From IMG/VR virus record IMGVR_UViG_3300033070_001123: a stretch of DNA of 64,000 nucleotides. One strand, given 5' to 3'. The DNA is from a virus. Its lineage: Duplodnaviria; Heunggongvirae; Uroviricota; Caudoviricetes. Of this stretch, positions 38,003-49,500 are shown one piece after another (position 1 is the stretch's first letter; each line of letters starts with the position of its first letter). The notes beneath the pieces were generated by a model. That model was not told where the DNA came from, ran no database searches, and worked only from the letters and a program-made list of their open reading frames with translations. The position numbers and the translations under genes were made by a program.

Positions 38003-38714
38003 TTTTCATCCTTTTCTTAAGGGCAGATATTACAGCATTATGATCAGCTAGCTGCATTGCTCCGTTTTTTCTAGTCATACCATTTGGATTCACTCTGTAT
38101 TTGATCAGGTAATCTTGTAAGTTTGCAAACTTCTTACCATACAGAATCGCTCTACACCAAAAGTCCAAGTCATGCGCATACCTAATCTTGTTATCAGGAG
38201 AATACCCTCCAACCTCCCTATAGCCCGATAGCCTGTACATAGAGGCTGGATTGATAATCGGACATTTTGATTGAGACATGAGCATTCTCACGATTTCTTT
38301 GTGAGAAGCCGGGGGAAAATCCCAATCTCCAATAAAATTTCCCGTCAAATCAATCTTTTTAGCCCTACCTCCAACGCAAAAAATATCAGGATTCTCCTCA
38401 AGATAGTTAAACTGTAACTCAAGACGATTTGACATACTTACATCGTCAGCGTCATGAATGGCAATATAGTCTGTCACGGCTAAATCTATTGCCTCTTTAG
38501 ACCTAGCTAAAACCCCTCTATTTTCCTGGTAATCAACAAAGCGTATTCTTGAATCAGTAAAAGACTTGATTACTTCTGATGTTCCGTCTGTTGAACCGTC
38601 ATTGATAATGATGAACTCAAAATCCGAAAACGATTGCCCCAAAATAGACAAGATAGACTCTTTTACAAGTCTTTCGCAATTGTAAGCTGGAGTTATAACG
38701 CTTATCCTAGCCAT
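37989..38714 (-). CDS. Family 2 glycosyltransferase
   Basis: ISVITPAYN, IINDGSTD, HDADD, HDLDFW. Confidence 0.92.
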   Translation of the reverse strand: MARISVITPAYNCERLVKESILSILGQSFSDFEFIIINDGSTDGTSEVIKSFTDSRIRFVDYQENRGVLARSKEAIDLAVTDYIAIHDADDVSMSNRLELQFNYLEENPDIFCVGGRAKKIDLTGNFIGDWDFPPASHKEIVRMLMSQSKCPIINPASMYRLSGYREVGGYSPDNKIRYAHDLDFWCRAILYGKKFANLQDYLIKYRVNPNGMTRKNGAMQLADHNAVISALKKRMKNVKL

Positions 38715-39829
38715 GCCTTCTTTGAGTTGAAAAAGTCGCTATACCTTTCTTTAATCTCGTCCCAATTATAATCGGCAAGAACTTCTTGGTATCCGTCTTC
38801 TCCTAGGGAATCTACAAGAGACTTATCAGAAAGAAGCTCGTCTATATGTTTCTCAAAAGCCAAAGAAACAGCAGCGTCAAACTTCTTCATCTCTCTCGGT
38901 CCCGTCACCGAATCAACACAGAAGCCGCCCTTCAAATCAGCAACATGACCAACGTTCAAAGCAACCCACGGCTTCTTAGCAGCCATTGCTTCTAAAAGAA
39001 CTATCGGCCCGCATTCTTGCTGAGACGGAAAAACAAAAGCATCGCTTGCAAAATAAGACTGAACAACATGAGGCCTTGGAATGTCATTCAAAAACTTCAC
39101 AGGAAGACCTCGGCATTGATTTGCGATCATCTCCCTCAATCTATTGCCGGGCTGGAAAGCAAGCGTTGAAGATATAAAGACGAATGTAAAGTCCTTACGT
39201 TTTCTACTCAACCTGGCTATGATTGGCGTCAAAAACTCTTGACCCTTCCCAGGGAAGAAGTTAGAAACACAGAGCAGCATCTTTTCTGTGTTTATGCCGT
39301 AATGCAATTTGAAATCAAAATCAGACTTAACAAACTCGCTCATATCAACCGAATTGTGAATTATTCTAACAGGGATACCCCAGTCTTTACAAGTCTTAAC
39401 GTCAATATAAGACTCGGCATGAGCTAGAACCTTGAATTGTTGATGATTTCGCCTAAAAAGCTCAGCAATGGCCTTATTTTGAGGTATTTCGGACCTCATT
39501 CTATTCATGCCAACAAGAGCAATGCTTTTATCAGAATTGATTTTCTCAAGATTCTTCAGCATGGCTGGCCACATAAAGAACCAGTCGCTGTAAACCATAA
39601 TATGATCAGCACCTTCAGAAACAAGAAGTTCTATGAACTGTTGCTCATTCAAAAAGCCAACAGGAACAACTTTTACTCCGTTATGATATACAGAATGAGT
39701 GCCATGCTGACAGAAAACCGTACATAAGTTGCCTTTAGAAACGATATGTTCAGTTATTTGCTGAACTATTCGCTCGGCTCCACCCGTATGAAAAGGTTGG
39801 GCAAAATTTGTGCAAACAATAAGCTTCAT
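38702..39829 (-). CDS. Family 4 (GT-B) glycosyltransferase
   Basis: GGAERIV, IHNSVD, KGQEFL, FVFPSQQECGPIVLLEAMAA. Confidence 0.9.
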   Translation of the reverse strand: MKLIVCTNFAQPFHTGGAERIVQQITEHIVSKGNLCTVFCQHGTHSVYHNGVKVVPVGFLNEQQFIELLVSEGADHIMVYSDWFFMWPAMLKNLEKINSDKSIALVGMNRMRSEIPQNKAIAELFRRNHQQFKVLAHAESYIDVKTCKDWGIPVRIIHNSVDMSEFVKSDFDFKLHYGINTEKMLLCVSNFFPGKGQEFLTPIIARLSRKRKDFTFVFISSTLAFQPGNRLREMIANQCRGLPVKFLNDIPRPHVVQSYFASDAFVFPSQQECGPIVLLEAMAAKKPWVALNVGHVADLKGGFCVDSVTGPREMKKFDAAVSLAFEKHIDELLSDKSLVDSLGEDGYQEVLADYNWDEIKERYSDFFNSKKAWLG

Positions 39830-39830
39830 A

Positions 39831-40541
39831 TTATCTCATTGGCAAAAACGCCTTACCAGACCATTTCTTCTTAAACTTATCGTAACTCTGCGTGAAAAAC
39901 TTCATCCTATCCTTATCTTTACCTAGGGTCTGATGCGGTAAATGATCTATCTTCGCTAGACTATTCCAGCCTATTTTGAAACCAGCCTCTCTTGCTCTAA
40001 AGTTGAAATCAGGATCTTCAAAATAAGCGGGATTGAACTGCTCGTCAAAAAGCCCTAGCTTATCAACGACCTCTTTCTTTACCATCATTCCGCCGCAACC
40101 GACATAGGTATATGGATCGCCTTTCTTCTTGCAGTTATGTCTTGGCATGAAACTCGAATCCATAAGCCAAGCATCCGCTCCAACTAAATCATAACTACCG
40201 CTTTCCATAAACTCATGATACTGTTCAAGCCATCCCGCTCGAACAAACTGATCATTATCAAGAAAGCACAAAAGTTCTGTTGGGTCAGATTGATAAAGAG
40301 CATAACCCATGTTACGCCCGCCAATAACCCCAAGATTTCTGTCGTTGATAACGAGAGTATGGTTCTCGAACATTGAAAGAGCGTCTGTTAAATACTCTTT
40401 CGTTCCGTCCGTAGAACCATTGTCAATCATAATGAGATTGAAGGCCAAAGGTTCCGTGTATTTGAAAAGTAGCTCTATAAACTTCTCCGTTACAGCTTTA
40501 CCGTTATAGGAGAGAACTACTATAGTTGTTTGCTTCGTCAT
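39831..40541 (-). CDS. Family 2 glycosyltransferase
   Basis: IVVLSYN, IDNGSTDGT, NLG...GRN, FLDND, GLFDEQF..YFEDPDF. Confidence 0.92.
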   Translation of the reverse strand: MTKQTTIVVLSYNGKAVTEKFIELLFKYTEPLAFNLIMIDNGSTDGTKEYLTDALSMFENHTLVINDRNLGVIGGRNMGYALYQSDPTELLCFLDNDQFVRAGWLEQYHEFMESGSYDLVGADAWLMDSSFMPRHNCKKKGDPYTYVGCGGMMVKKEVVDKLGLFDEQFNPAYFEDPDFNFRAREAGFKIGWNSLAKIDHLPHQTLGKDKDRMKFFTQSYDKFKKKWSGKAFLPMR

Positions 40542-40553
40542 TTTACATTCGGT

Positions 40554-43500
40554 TTACACTATTTCAACGGTATTCGACTGGGTTGCCGTACCTACACTAA
40601 TGCCGTCAAACGGAATTACTTCGGCTTTCCATCTCTGTCCAGAAGCGGTATTCACAGCCGGAACAATTCGGACATTCTGTAGAGATGGAACCTCTTCAAA
40701 GGTTGAAGAGCCGCTCAAGGCCCTAAACCATCTAATCGAACTCTGGTCGTTCTGAGTGCTTCCCTGCTGCTGAGATTCAGCGTCAACATAGGTATATGTC
40801 AACTGTAAAGCAGACGCAGAAGAAGCCGTTGGGCTAGGCGATACGGTTACGTTTCTAACAGTAGGAGGATCATTCTCTACGGAAACAGCAGCGCTTGTTA
40901 CGGGATTTCCAATGATATTCTGAGAAGCAGGGAGTATTGTAACTTCTAAAACATTACCAATGGCAATGCCAACAATATTGTTCTTGACTTCGCCAGGTAT
41001 AATTTCGTTATTGGATATTCCGCCAACCGTAACACCAAGGTCTCCCCTCTTGAATTCGATTCCATTGACATACCAAATAATCTGAGAGCTAGTATTGCTG
41101 TCGCCATCTTGGAAGTAAGCGAAATCAGCAAACGCTCTTGTCGTTGTTATTACTGTATCTTGTACTGTTCCGTCATTCTTCTTGCCCTTAATTGTTATGG
41201 CTGTTATGAATGGAGGAGCCTCTATTGCAGTAACAGAAGGAGAGCGAACAATGTCGCTAAACAAAATTCCATCACTAGCTTTAATTGTTGCATAAACAAC
41301 ATCGCCAACTCTCAATATGCTTTCTCCCTTTTCTCTTGCATATTGCTCATAGCTTGTTCCTGCGGGAACATTTTCAGGTCTAAACGACAAAGCGTAAACC
41401 CATATTGGGTCATTAATGTCATTGATGTTATTCCAGGTTCTTAGATTACGCAAGTATTCTATTTCAACTCCATTGATATACCAGCGTATAACGGTTTGAT
41501 CTGTATCCTCGCTTCTCTGATTGATGTCAAAATACTTGTAAGACAAACTAATTGTCTGATAAATCGTCAATGTACTTGGGACAACTCTAAAGTCAGTAAT
41601 AGTCGGCGGTCTCTGCGACAATGGAGGCGGCAAGAAAACATTAGTGTTGTACATATACGCAACACCATCTATTTCAACAGGATTGTAAGAATCCATATTG
41701 AGGATTCTAACTCCAAGTCTTAGATTTCCTGCGTTCTCTATCGAAACAGAGAATGGTCCAAGCTGCTTAGAAGAGAATACGACAAGTCCCTCTTTAGGAT
41801 AAAGCTCATATCCATCAGAGGCAACAGTCTCTCCGTCCTTATCAAGAATGGTTACTCTTGAAGTAACGTCCCACTTGCCATATCTAGCCTTCCACATAAA
41901 ACCATTAACATTGTCAAGAGGCTCATTAAGGGTTGCGTCCTGCTCTTGATTGTAACGAATAGGTATGAATATCTTTCCGTACCTATCCGAGGCAGGTTGA
42001 GCGCCGCTATAGTAGTCAGACCAGTTATAAGACGAACTTGTTGTTGCGCCAACCTGTATGGTACTAAGATCTGGTTTATTTGCAGACACCGCAACAGCTA
42101 TTTGCTGAGGGCTAAAATCGGTTGTCTCTGGCTTCAAGTATATAAAGCTTTCAGTTGGTACACTATACTTAATGTTGATAGCAGTTAGAGCAGGAACGCC
42201 AGGCGTTGGGATAAGATCATACTCGTTCTCTATATAAGAACTCAATCCGCTCAAAAGTGTAACCTTGAACTTGATATATCTAGCATTGACATTTACAAGC
42301 GATATTTCCGTATTAGGATTGAACGAGTCGCTATAATCTGAATAGTTGAAGCCGTCTTCACTTGTTGCCATCCTCCAGCTACCATCTGTATTTGGGTATA
42401 GCTCGTAATCAAGAGATACAGTATTAATGATGCTGTTCTTACTCAAATCAATAACGCACTCATACAGTCCCCAACCAATTGAGCCTTCTACTCGACCCAA
42501 CGAGTTATTCAATATCTCGTCGATATAGGCTGCGTCCAAAATAGTCTGGCTTTGACCGCCGGTTTGATTAGCAATGGTATCCAAAGAATCCGTATCTGTT
42601 CTACTTACCAAAGCTGACAAAGTAACAGGAAAGACAACAGAGAAGTTGTTGATTACAACAGGAACTTTGCCAAAACCATCAATCGCTTGTACATCTTGTA
42701 TTGCAGTATCAAGCGTGTTAATTGAAAGATTCTCTTCATTGTCCGTATTGACATAGATAACCTTGGCATATCGATCAAAGTCTTCATCAAGCATAATCGC
42801 CGCGTTCTTAACAAGAGCGTCGTAGAGAGGTGAAGCTCCAAAAGGAATCTCATTCCTAAGTCTTGTCAAACCTTTTGCCATATCCTCAAACTCTCCGTTC
42901 TCAACATGAACGATAATTTGAGGTATCCATTCGATATCGCTAAAGTAGCTTACCTCAGGGCTTTCTAGCTGAGGAGTTTGCGGAGGATTAAGATCGAAAA
43001 CAGGATTATCGCTTTCCTTTAGAGATTGGTCAATGGTTTGATTATTTTCGGAATCTCTTCCTGGATCATAATCGTTTTGATTGGAGCTTTGTTCAACAGC
43101 TTGGCTTCCTTCAACGCTTCGGCATCCTTCAAACTCTGTAATGTCTCCGTTATTAGGAGATCCTGAGGAGCCTCCCGAACCGCCAGTGTCTGAGCCTGGC
43201 GTGTCTGAGCCTGACGAACCATCTGTTGTATTATTCGTTGTTGTGGAGTCTTCATTGTCTTTGATATCTATTACTGTTTGACCATAATAAAATTCATCAA
43301 GAACTGTTATACGAACCTTGATCGTATAAGGATTTCTAACTTCACCTTCTTTGATAACAAGAGTGTTGTTACCTTCGTCGCCACCTTCACCGGCAACAGA
43401 ATCTTGTATACCAAGCTTTTCTTTAATCTCAGATATCTTCTTCAAAATGTCATCGGCTCTTGGAAGCATAACAGTAGAAGCTACACCATCATAGATATAG

Positions 43501-46500
43501 AAATCATTTGAACTAAAGACAACAGGATAAACAAGAGCGTCTCTAAGCGCTTGATTATCAGATTGTTGCTGAGATTGATCTCCGCCAGCAGTTTGATCGT
43601 TTCCTGCTTGAGAATTCGGGAACAAAAGTATACCCTGAACCAAAACTCTAACTTCTTTGGTAGGATGCTCTCCTACATCATTAAGCAATTCAATAGAAAC
43701 AGTTGCAGACTGCTTACCGTCAAGACGGATAGAAGAAGGACTTACTCTTGCTTTGATTTGCAAAAATCCGGCTGGACGGCCACTTGTAAGTCCTCCGCAA
43801 GAATAGACATATCTCCAGTTATCGCTAGAGCAACCAAACGCGGTTTTAGCCGTAGGCATTCTTTCGCCTTCAGCATATGAGTAAACAGGAGAGCCTTCCG
43901 TAATAATATCAAGAAGATTGAGAATTTGAGACTTATCGCTTGTTCCACCCAAGAAATAATGCTGGTCCAAGATACTAACGCAAGCGCCTCTATACCTAGG
44001 AGAAGGAATCTGTCTATAAACATAGTCGTCAAGAGTAATTTCAAGCGTATCCAAATCTATTTCAAATGCGTCAGTAACAAACTGCAAAGGTTGCTCGCCT
44101 GTTTCCTCATTTCTTTCGCCTGGAATAGCTCCACCAACAACGTGAATCTTTGTTTGATTTGCTTCTGTGAATGCAAATGGAGAAACTCTATTGTAAAGAG
44201 CCAAATCTTCATCAACAAACTGATCACTCCAACTCCATGTTAGAGTTTCGAAATCAAACACAAGAATTCTATCATTAACAGCGTCAATGCTGCCTCTTGT
44301 TCCTATCTTTCTTATACCACCAATAATGTATGCTTTGCCATTTGAAACAACGCAAGCGCCCAAAGCAACTCCGTATGTATTCTGGTCAAACACAGGCATT
44401 GGAGCAAGCTCTTCCCAAGTATCATTAACAATATCATATCTTTCAACTGAACTAGAAATTACAAGCTCTGTTCCATTGGCTGTTATGCCGCCAAAGACAT
44501 ACACATAGCCATAGTCTTGAGCAGCCATATGATAAAATCTTGGCGTATTCATTGACTTTTTGACATACCATTTGTCTTCGCCAATATCATACATCTCATT
44601 ATAAGATAGAATAGACTTACCATTGAGACCGCCAATAGCAAACAGTCTTTCGCCATAGGCATCAAAATCCCAACTCGTTGTCAAGCAACCTCTTGGATAG
44701 TTCATGGACGCCTTTACTGTCCATTCATTAGAATAGGTATCATAAACGTCAAGAGCAGCGCTAAAGACGTTGCTAATCTCGCCTTCTGGTCTATCCTCAG
44801 GGCCTTCTTCTTTAGGTTGAGAAGGATCGTATTTGATAGTAACGCAACAAGTCATGCTGCGCTCAACATCGCCTCTCTTGTCATAGTTTGTTTCCGCTTG
44901 AACTTGAGCTTCAAACGCCGACTCAGGCCCAAAAGGAGCAACAAAGAATGAGGCAAAGCTTCTAACATTACCATCTGGATTCAATATTGAATCATTAAGC
45001 TTCTCTGTAAATACAGTATCATTCTGTAGTATAATCTTTTCTGGATTTTTGCCGCCAATAGTCAAAAAGACAGGAGTTCCATTAGGAACAGGACGGCCCT
45101 TAAATGTTACTTCAAGAACAAACTCATGAACAGCAACTCCGTCGCAAAGAAGTTTCTCGACAGACTGACCGCTTCTTCTAATATCAACAATAGATATATC
45201 AAGAGGTTCTTTCAAATCAATAGTCGTTGGAGGAATACCTGTCTTGAGATCTCCTCCACCGCGAAGATACCTTGTCTCTCCATTGAAGTTTACGGTTGTT
45301 CTGCCGTCAATAACAGACAGTCCCTTCTTCTTGGCTAAGCCCGGAGGAGCTTCTATACAATCGCAAGAGTTCGAAGATTGTCCAGAATCAACATTGTCGT
45401 CTCCTGAACCAGAATCCGGCTGAGGTCTTCCTATGAACTTGTTTATTCTCAAATAGAAAGTTGTTGTTCCGCCAGTTTGCGCAAGAGGAATTTGAGCAAA
45501 ACCTTCGGACTGATTCGCTTCATTAACAACATACTCTTCTATGTCCTCGTCATAAACAATTTCTAAGTTATCACCATATAATATTTCAAAGCTATCACCA
45601 GATTCTATTTCAACTATCTGTCCGTTATCGAGAACAAAAATTGGTCTATTTGCATTCTCTGCGCATTGTCTGAAGCAATCAGCAGTAGAGCCTCCAGTTA
45701 CATTTGGGTCATGATAAACAGTGCAACGAACAAGGCTATAACCGTCAGCGTAAAGCGTGTTTACATACTGAGGCATGTCCATAAGGAATCTTGAACCAAA
45801 ACCTCTTCCTCCAAAATTGGCAGGATATATAATGGCTGGTCTTTCTTCAAAGGCACTAAGACCATCATAAACAACCGAAGCTTTAATAGCATAAAGTTCA
45901 GGCAAATAAATGACGTTACCTGGACATGGTATATAAAGTTCCCATGTAACTCCGCAGGCGGGTCCGAAGAAGATTCTTCTTGCCATGCCACCTCTTGTGT
46001 AAGAGAAAACACCCGGTCCCGCTGGTACATTGTCTGTTGAATAGAATGGCCTATCCTTGGCGTTTCTTCCCTTTCTTAGATTCCAACGAACGACCTGCTG
46101 ATCTGTAACAGGAATCTTTCTTGGCCTATCAACATTTGGACTATCTGGATCAATGAGATAGATATTCGCCATCTGCTCAGAAACATCAATACAATTTGAT
46201 TCTGGCGGCTCAATTGTTGTTTCAACTCTTAAGATATTATCAAAAACTATGTATAACTTCTTACGAGCATAATAACCATTGAAACCAACCTTTGTAAACA
46301 GCATCACTGCTTGAGGTGTTCTTGGAGCGCGAAGAGGAATGTCTGTATATGTAACTTGTCTTGTTGTTCCGTCGCTCAATCTTTGCAATCCAACTCTAAG
46401 AGGAATTGAAGTTGCAGGAGGTTGAACTGAACGACTTCTTCTAGTTGAGAATGTCGGAACAAATGGCCTTCTTTTACCTGGTTCACCTGTTTGAGAACAA

Positions 46501-49500
46501 GGGTTTCCGCCAGATGGCTCTTCGTCACATTGAGGGTCAGAAGCTTCAAAAACAGCAACATTACAGTTTCCGCCGTCAGGCAAAGCCTGTCCTCTATAAG
46601 TAACAACAACCCTAGCCATAAAAGGCCTTGAACGACGAACCCAACAACCGTCAAACTCTGCAAACTTATCAGGATCAAAAAGAAGACCACCAGAAGATAT
46701 GAATTCCTGATCGTCAAGAGGAACAGTCTGCTTGCATAGTATCTTTACTATGTCAGCGCTACCTGAAGACTGATTATCTGGTAATGGATCGTTTGTTGAA
46801 CCCCCAGCAGACCTTCTCCTCTTTGACTTCTTTCTAGTTCCAGAGCTTGTTATAGTTCCAAAGTTTGCAGCGTTATCGCCTATATTGACAAGTTCCATTG
46901 CAAATGGATTTCTCATCTCTATGGTTACAGGTAATGATTCAAACTGGAAAACATTCTCAGAAGGATTGTCTCTATTAGGAATCTCATATGAAACAGTTAT
47001 TTGAGCAGAAAGAGAGTTTATAGCAGAAAGAGTATCAAGATCAGGCGTCATTCTAAATACGCCTCTTATAAAGCCGCTTCCAACAACTGTAGAAGAAAGT
47101 ATATAACAATCATCTGCTTCTGGAGTTAGAGTAGTTGTGTTGATAACTTCGCCAAATACATCTTCTGCAAGTTGAGCAGAACCAACGCTAGCTTTAGCAG
47201 AGAACTTAATCCTACTTGCGTCAGAAATAGGAGCGCCATATTCGTCTGTTATCTCAGCATACAAAGCAACTCGTTGGTCAAACCAAGCTTCAATCTCTTT
47301 CTGGAACTTAACAGGAGCGTCCCACCCAAGACTTATTGCATTTTCATTAACAACTTCATATCTAAACTGTTTAACCTCAAGCAACGGTATACCATCTTCG
47401 TCTGCATCATCAAGAGGAATTGCTGAAACATAAACAGGAGCAGACAGATTGCCGTATCTATCCGCTGCAACTACTGCATAGTAGTTTACAATCTCATTTT
47501 CAAGGTTCCTGTCAACAAACTCAACCTGACTTGGACTTCCGCTAAATACCAACAAAGCAGAAAAACTAACGCCTTCGTCATTGTTTATGATTGGTGGGCC
47601 TGTATCAGACCAATAAACAAAAATCTGCTCAACAGTATCATTATTGATTGCGTTCCATGTCAAATACGTTTTATGATTACCCGCTCTAATCTGAACGTTT
47701 TCAACAGGCTCAATAAGAGGCGTTGTTATAGCCTTATTTCTATCGTCTCTACTTTTGAAAGCAGGAATCTTAATAGACAAAATCGGAGAATCAGAATCTA
47801 AGCTAAAGTTTCCTATAGCATTTTGCGAATAAATACGGAAGTTGTAAATTCTGTCATGAACATAATCAAAAGGAAGCGTTACAACAAAGTCACCTGGTCC
47901 TGCGTTTGCTTCATAAACCAAATCACCATCTTCTTCATTTGAGGGATTTTCACCAAAGCCTTCAAAAACAAGAACAGGTTCGGCAGGAACGCCATTATTG
48001 TTTACAGGCGTTTGATAAGAAAACACGCCTGTACCAACTTCTGCTTTTCTTATGATACGAACCTTACCGCCTTCAAAGTTATAGTCGTCAGGAACAGAGT
48101 ATCTAACAGCAACAATTCTATCTCCATTATCCAATACTTTTTCAGAAACTCTTTCATAACGAACTGCGGCAGACGCAATATAGTTTGCAGATCGAATAGT
48201 ATCATGAACGCTTATCTCAGTAAGCTTACCAAAGAAATGAGAAGCCTTTCCGCCAAGGTATATATGCATTGGCTCTTGACTGTAGTAACCCAAAGCTGTC
48301 AAAGAACCGCTACCAGCTTCAACGCCATTAACATAGAACGTAGCCGTAAGAGCCAAGAAATCAACAGTAACAGCAACATGACTCCAAGCATTAGCTGTCA
48401 AAGCAATACTAGAAGAAGCAAACGTCAAATCGTCAAAGGTGAAAAACAACGTTCCGTCCGTATTTGTTCCAAACCTAAATGACATCTTATCTAAAGAAAT
48501 GGTCTCTCTAGATATAATACTTCTCTTGGCTGCAAAATTAAACGGGTAAGCCCAAGCCATGAAAGTGTATTTTGTCTTAATAAACTTACCGTCTTCGTCG
48601 TATCCTAAAAGCTTAGTATCAGTTCCGTCAAACCTAATGCCGCTAATGCCACTTGGAACATCGTTATTATTGAGCCAAACTACATCTTCGTTTGAAGACA
48701 AAAGCACAGGGCTATCGCTAAAATCATATGCGAATGTTCCTGTTGACTCATTAAGATGCCAAAGTCCAATAGTATTAGAATCTCTCTTAACACCTGAACC
48801 CGCAATCGTCCTATAAGTAAAACCGCCAACTCCATGAGGATAAATCTTGACTCTAGGAGAAGCCTTCAAAAATCTACCGCTACTAAAGATTCCGTTTGAA
48901 TCAAAAGTATATGCGGCGTAGTAATATTGTTCATTCTCTTCAAGCTCGTCGTCAAATGCTCTTTCAACAAAACCTTCTGTAACTATATCTCCGTCAAGAG
49001 GGCCTGTAGGATAAGCTCCAAGCTTTCTAATAATTCGAACACCAGCATATCCGCTTTCTTGATCGGCGAAGAAAGCAGAAGCAACGTCTGCTGTATTGTT
49101 TGTATTTACCTGATCTGTCTCTACAACCGCAAAGAAATTCAGCTTGATAGGAGTAGACCCAAGGCTTAGAAGATTATACTTCACTTCGCCGGGATAAGTC
49201 GCTTCGAGCCTATCAATCATTCGTCTTGTTATTTCGTGCCTTAGCCCGCTACTATCGTTCCAGCTAAGAGAACCGCTTTGGTCCATAACAACAGAAACCA
49301 ATCTATCAGGAAGATTCAAGGCAACCTTATTCGTAGTTGAATCAATATCAACTATTTTGGTTTGCAAAAATACAGGCTCTAAGTCGTCTATATCAAACTT
49401 CTGAACAACCTTTGTCGCAATAGCCGACGCCGGAACAATCAGCTTACAAGCATTCTCATTTATAGAATCTCTAAATGAGTAAAATCTAATAGCGTAGTTT

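Noticed and set aside
43160-43260. Direct repeat gtgtctgagcctg and Gly/Ser-rich tracts (also 56500-56610)
   Set aside because: These are in-frame low-complexity linkers within structural proteins.
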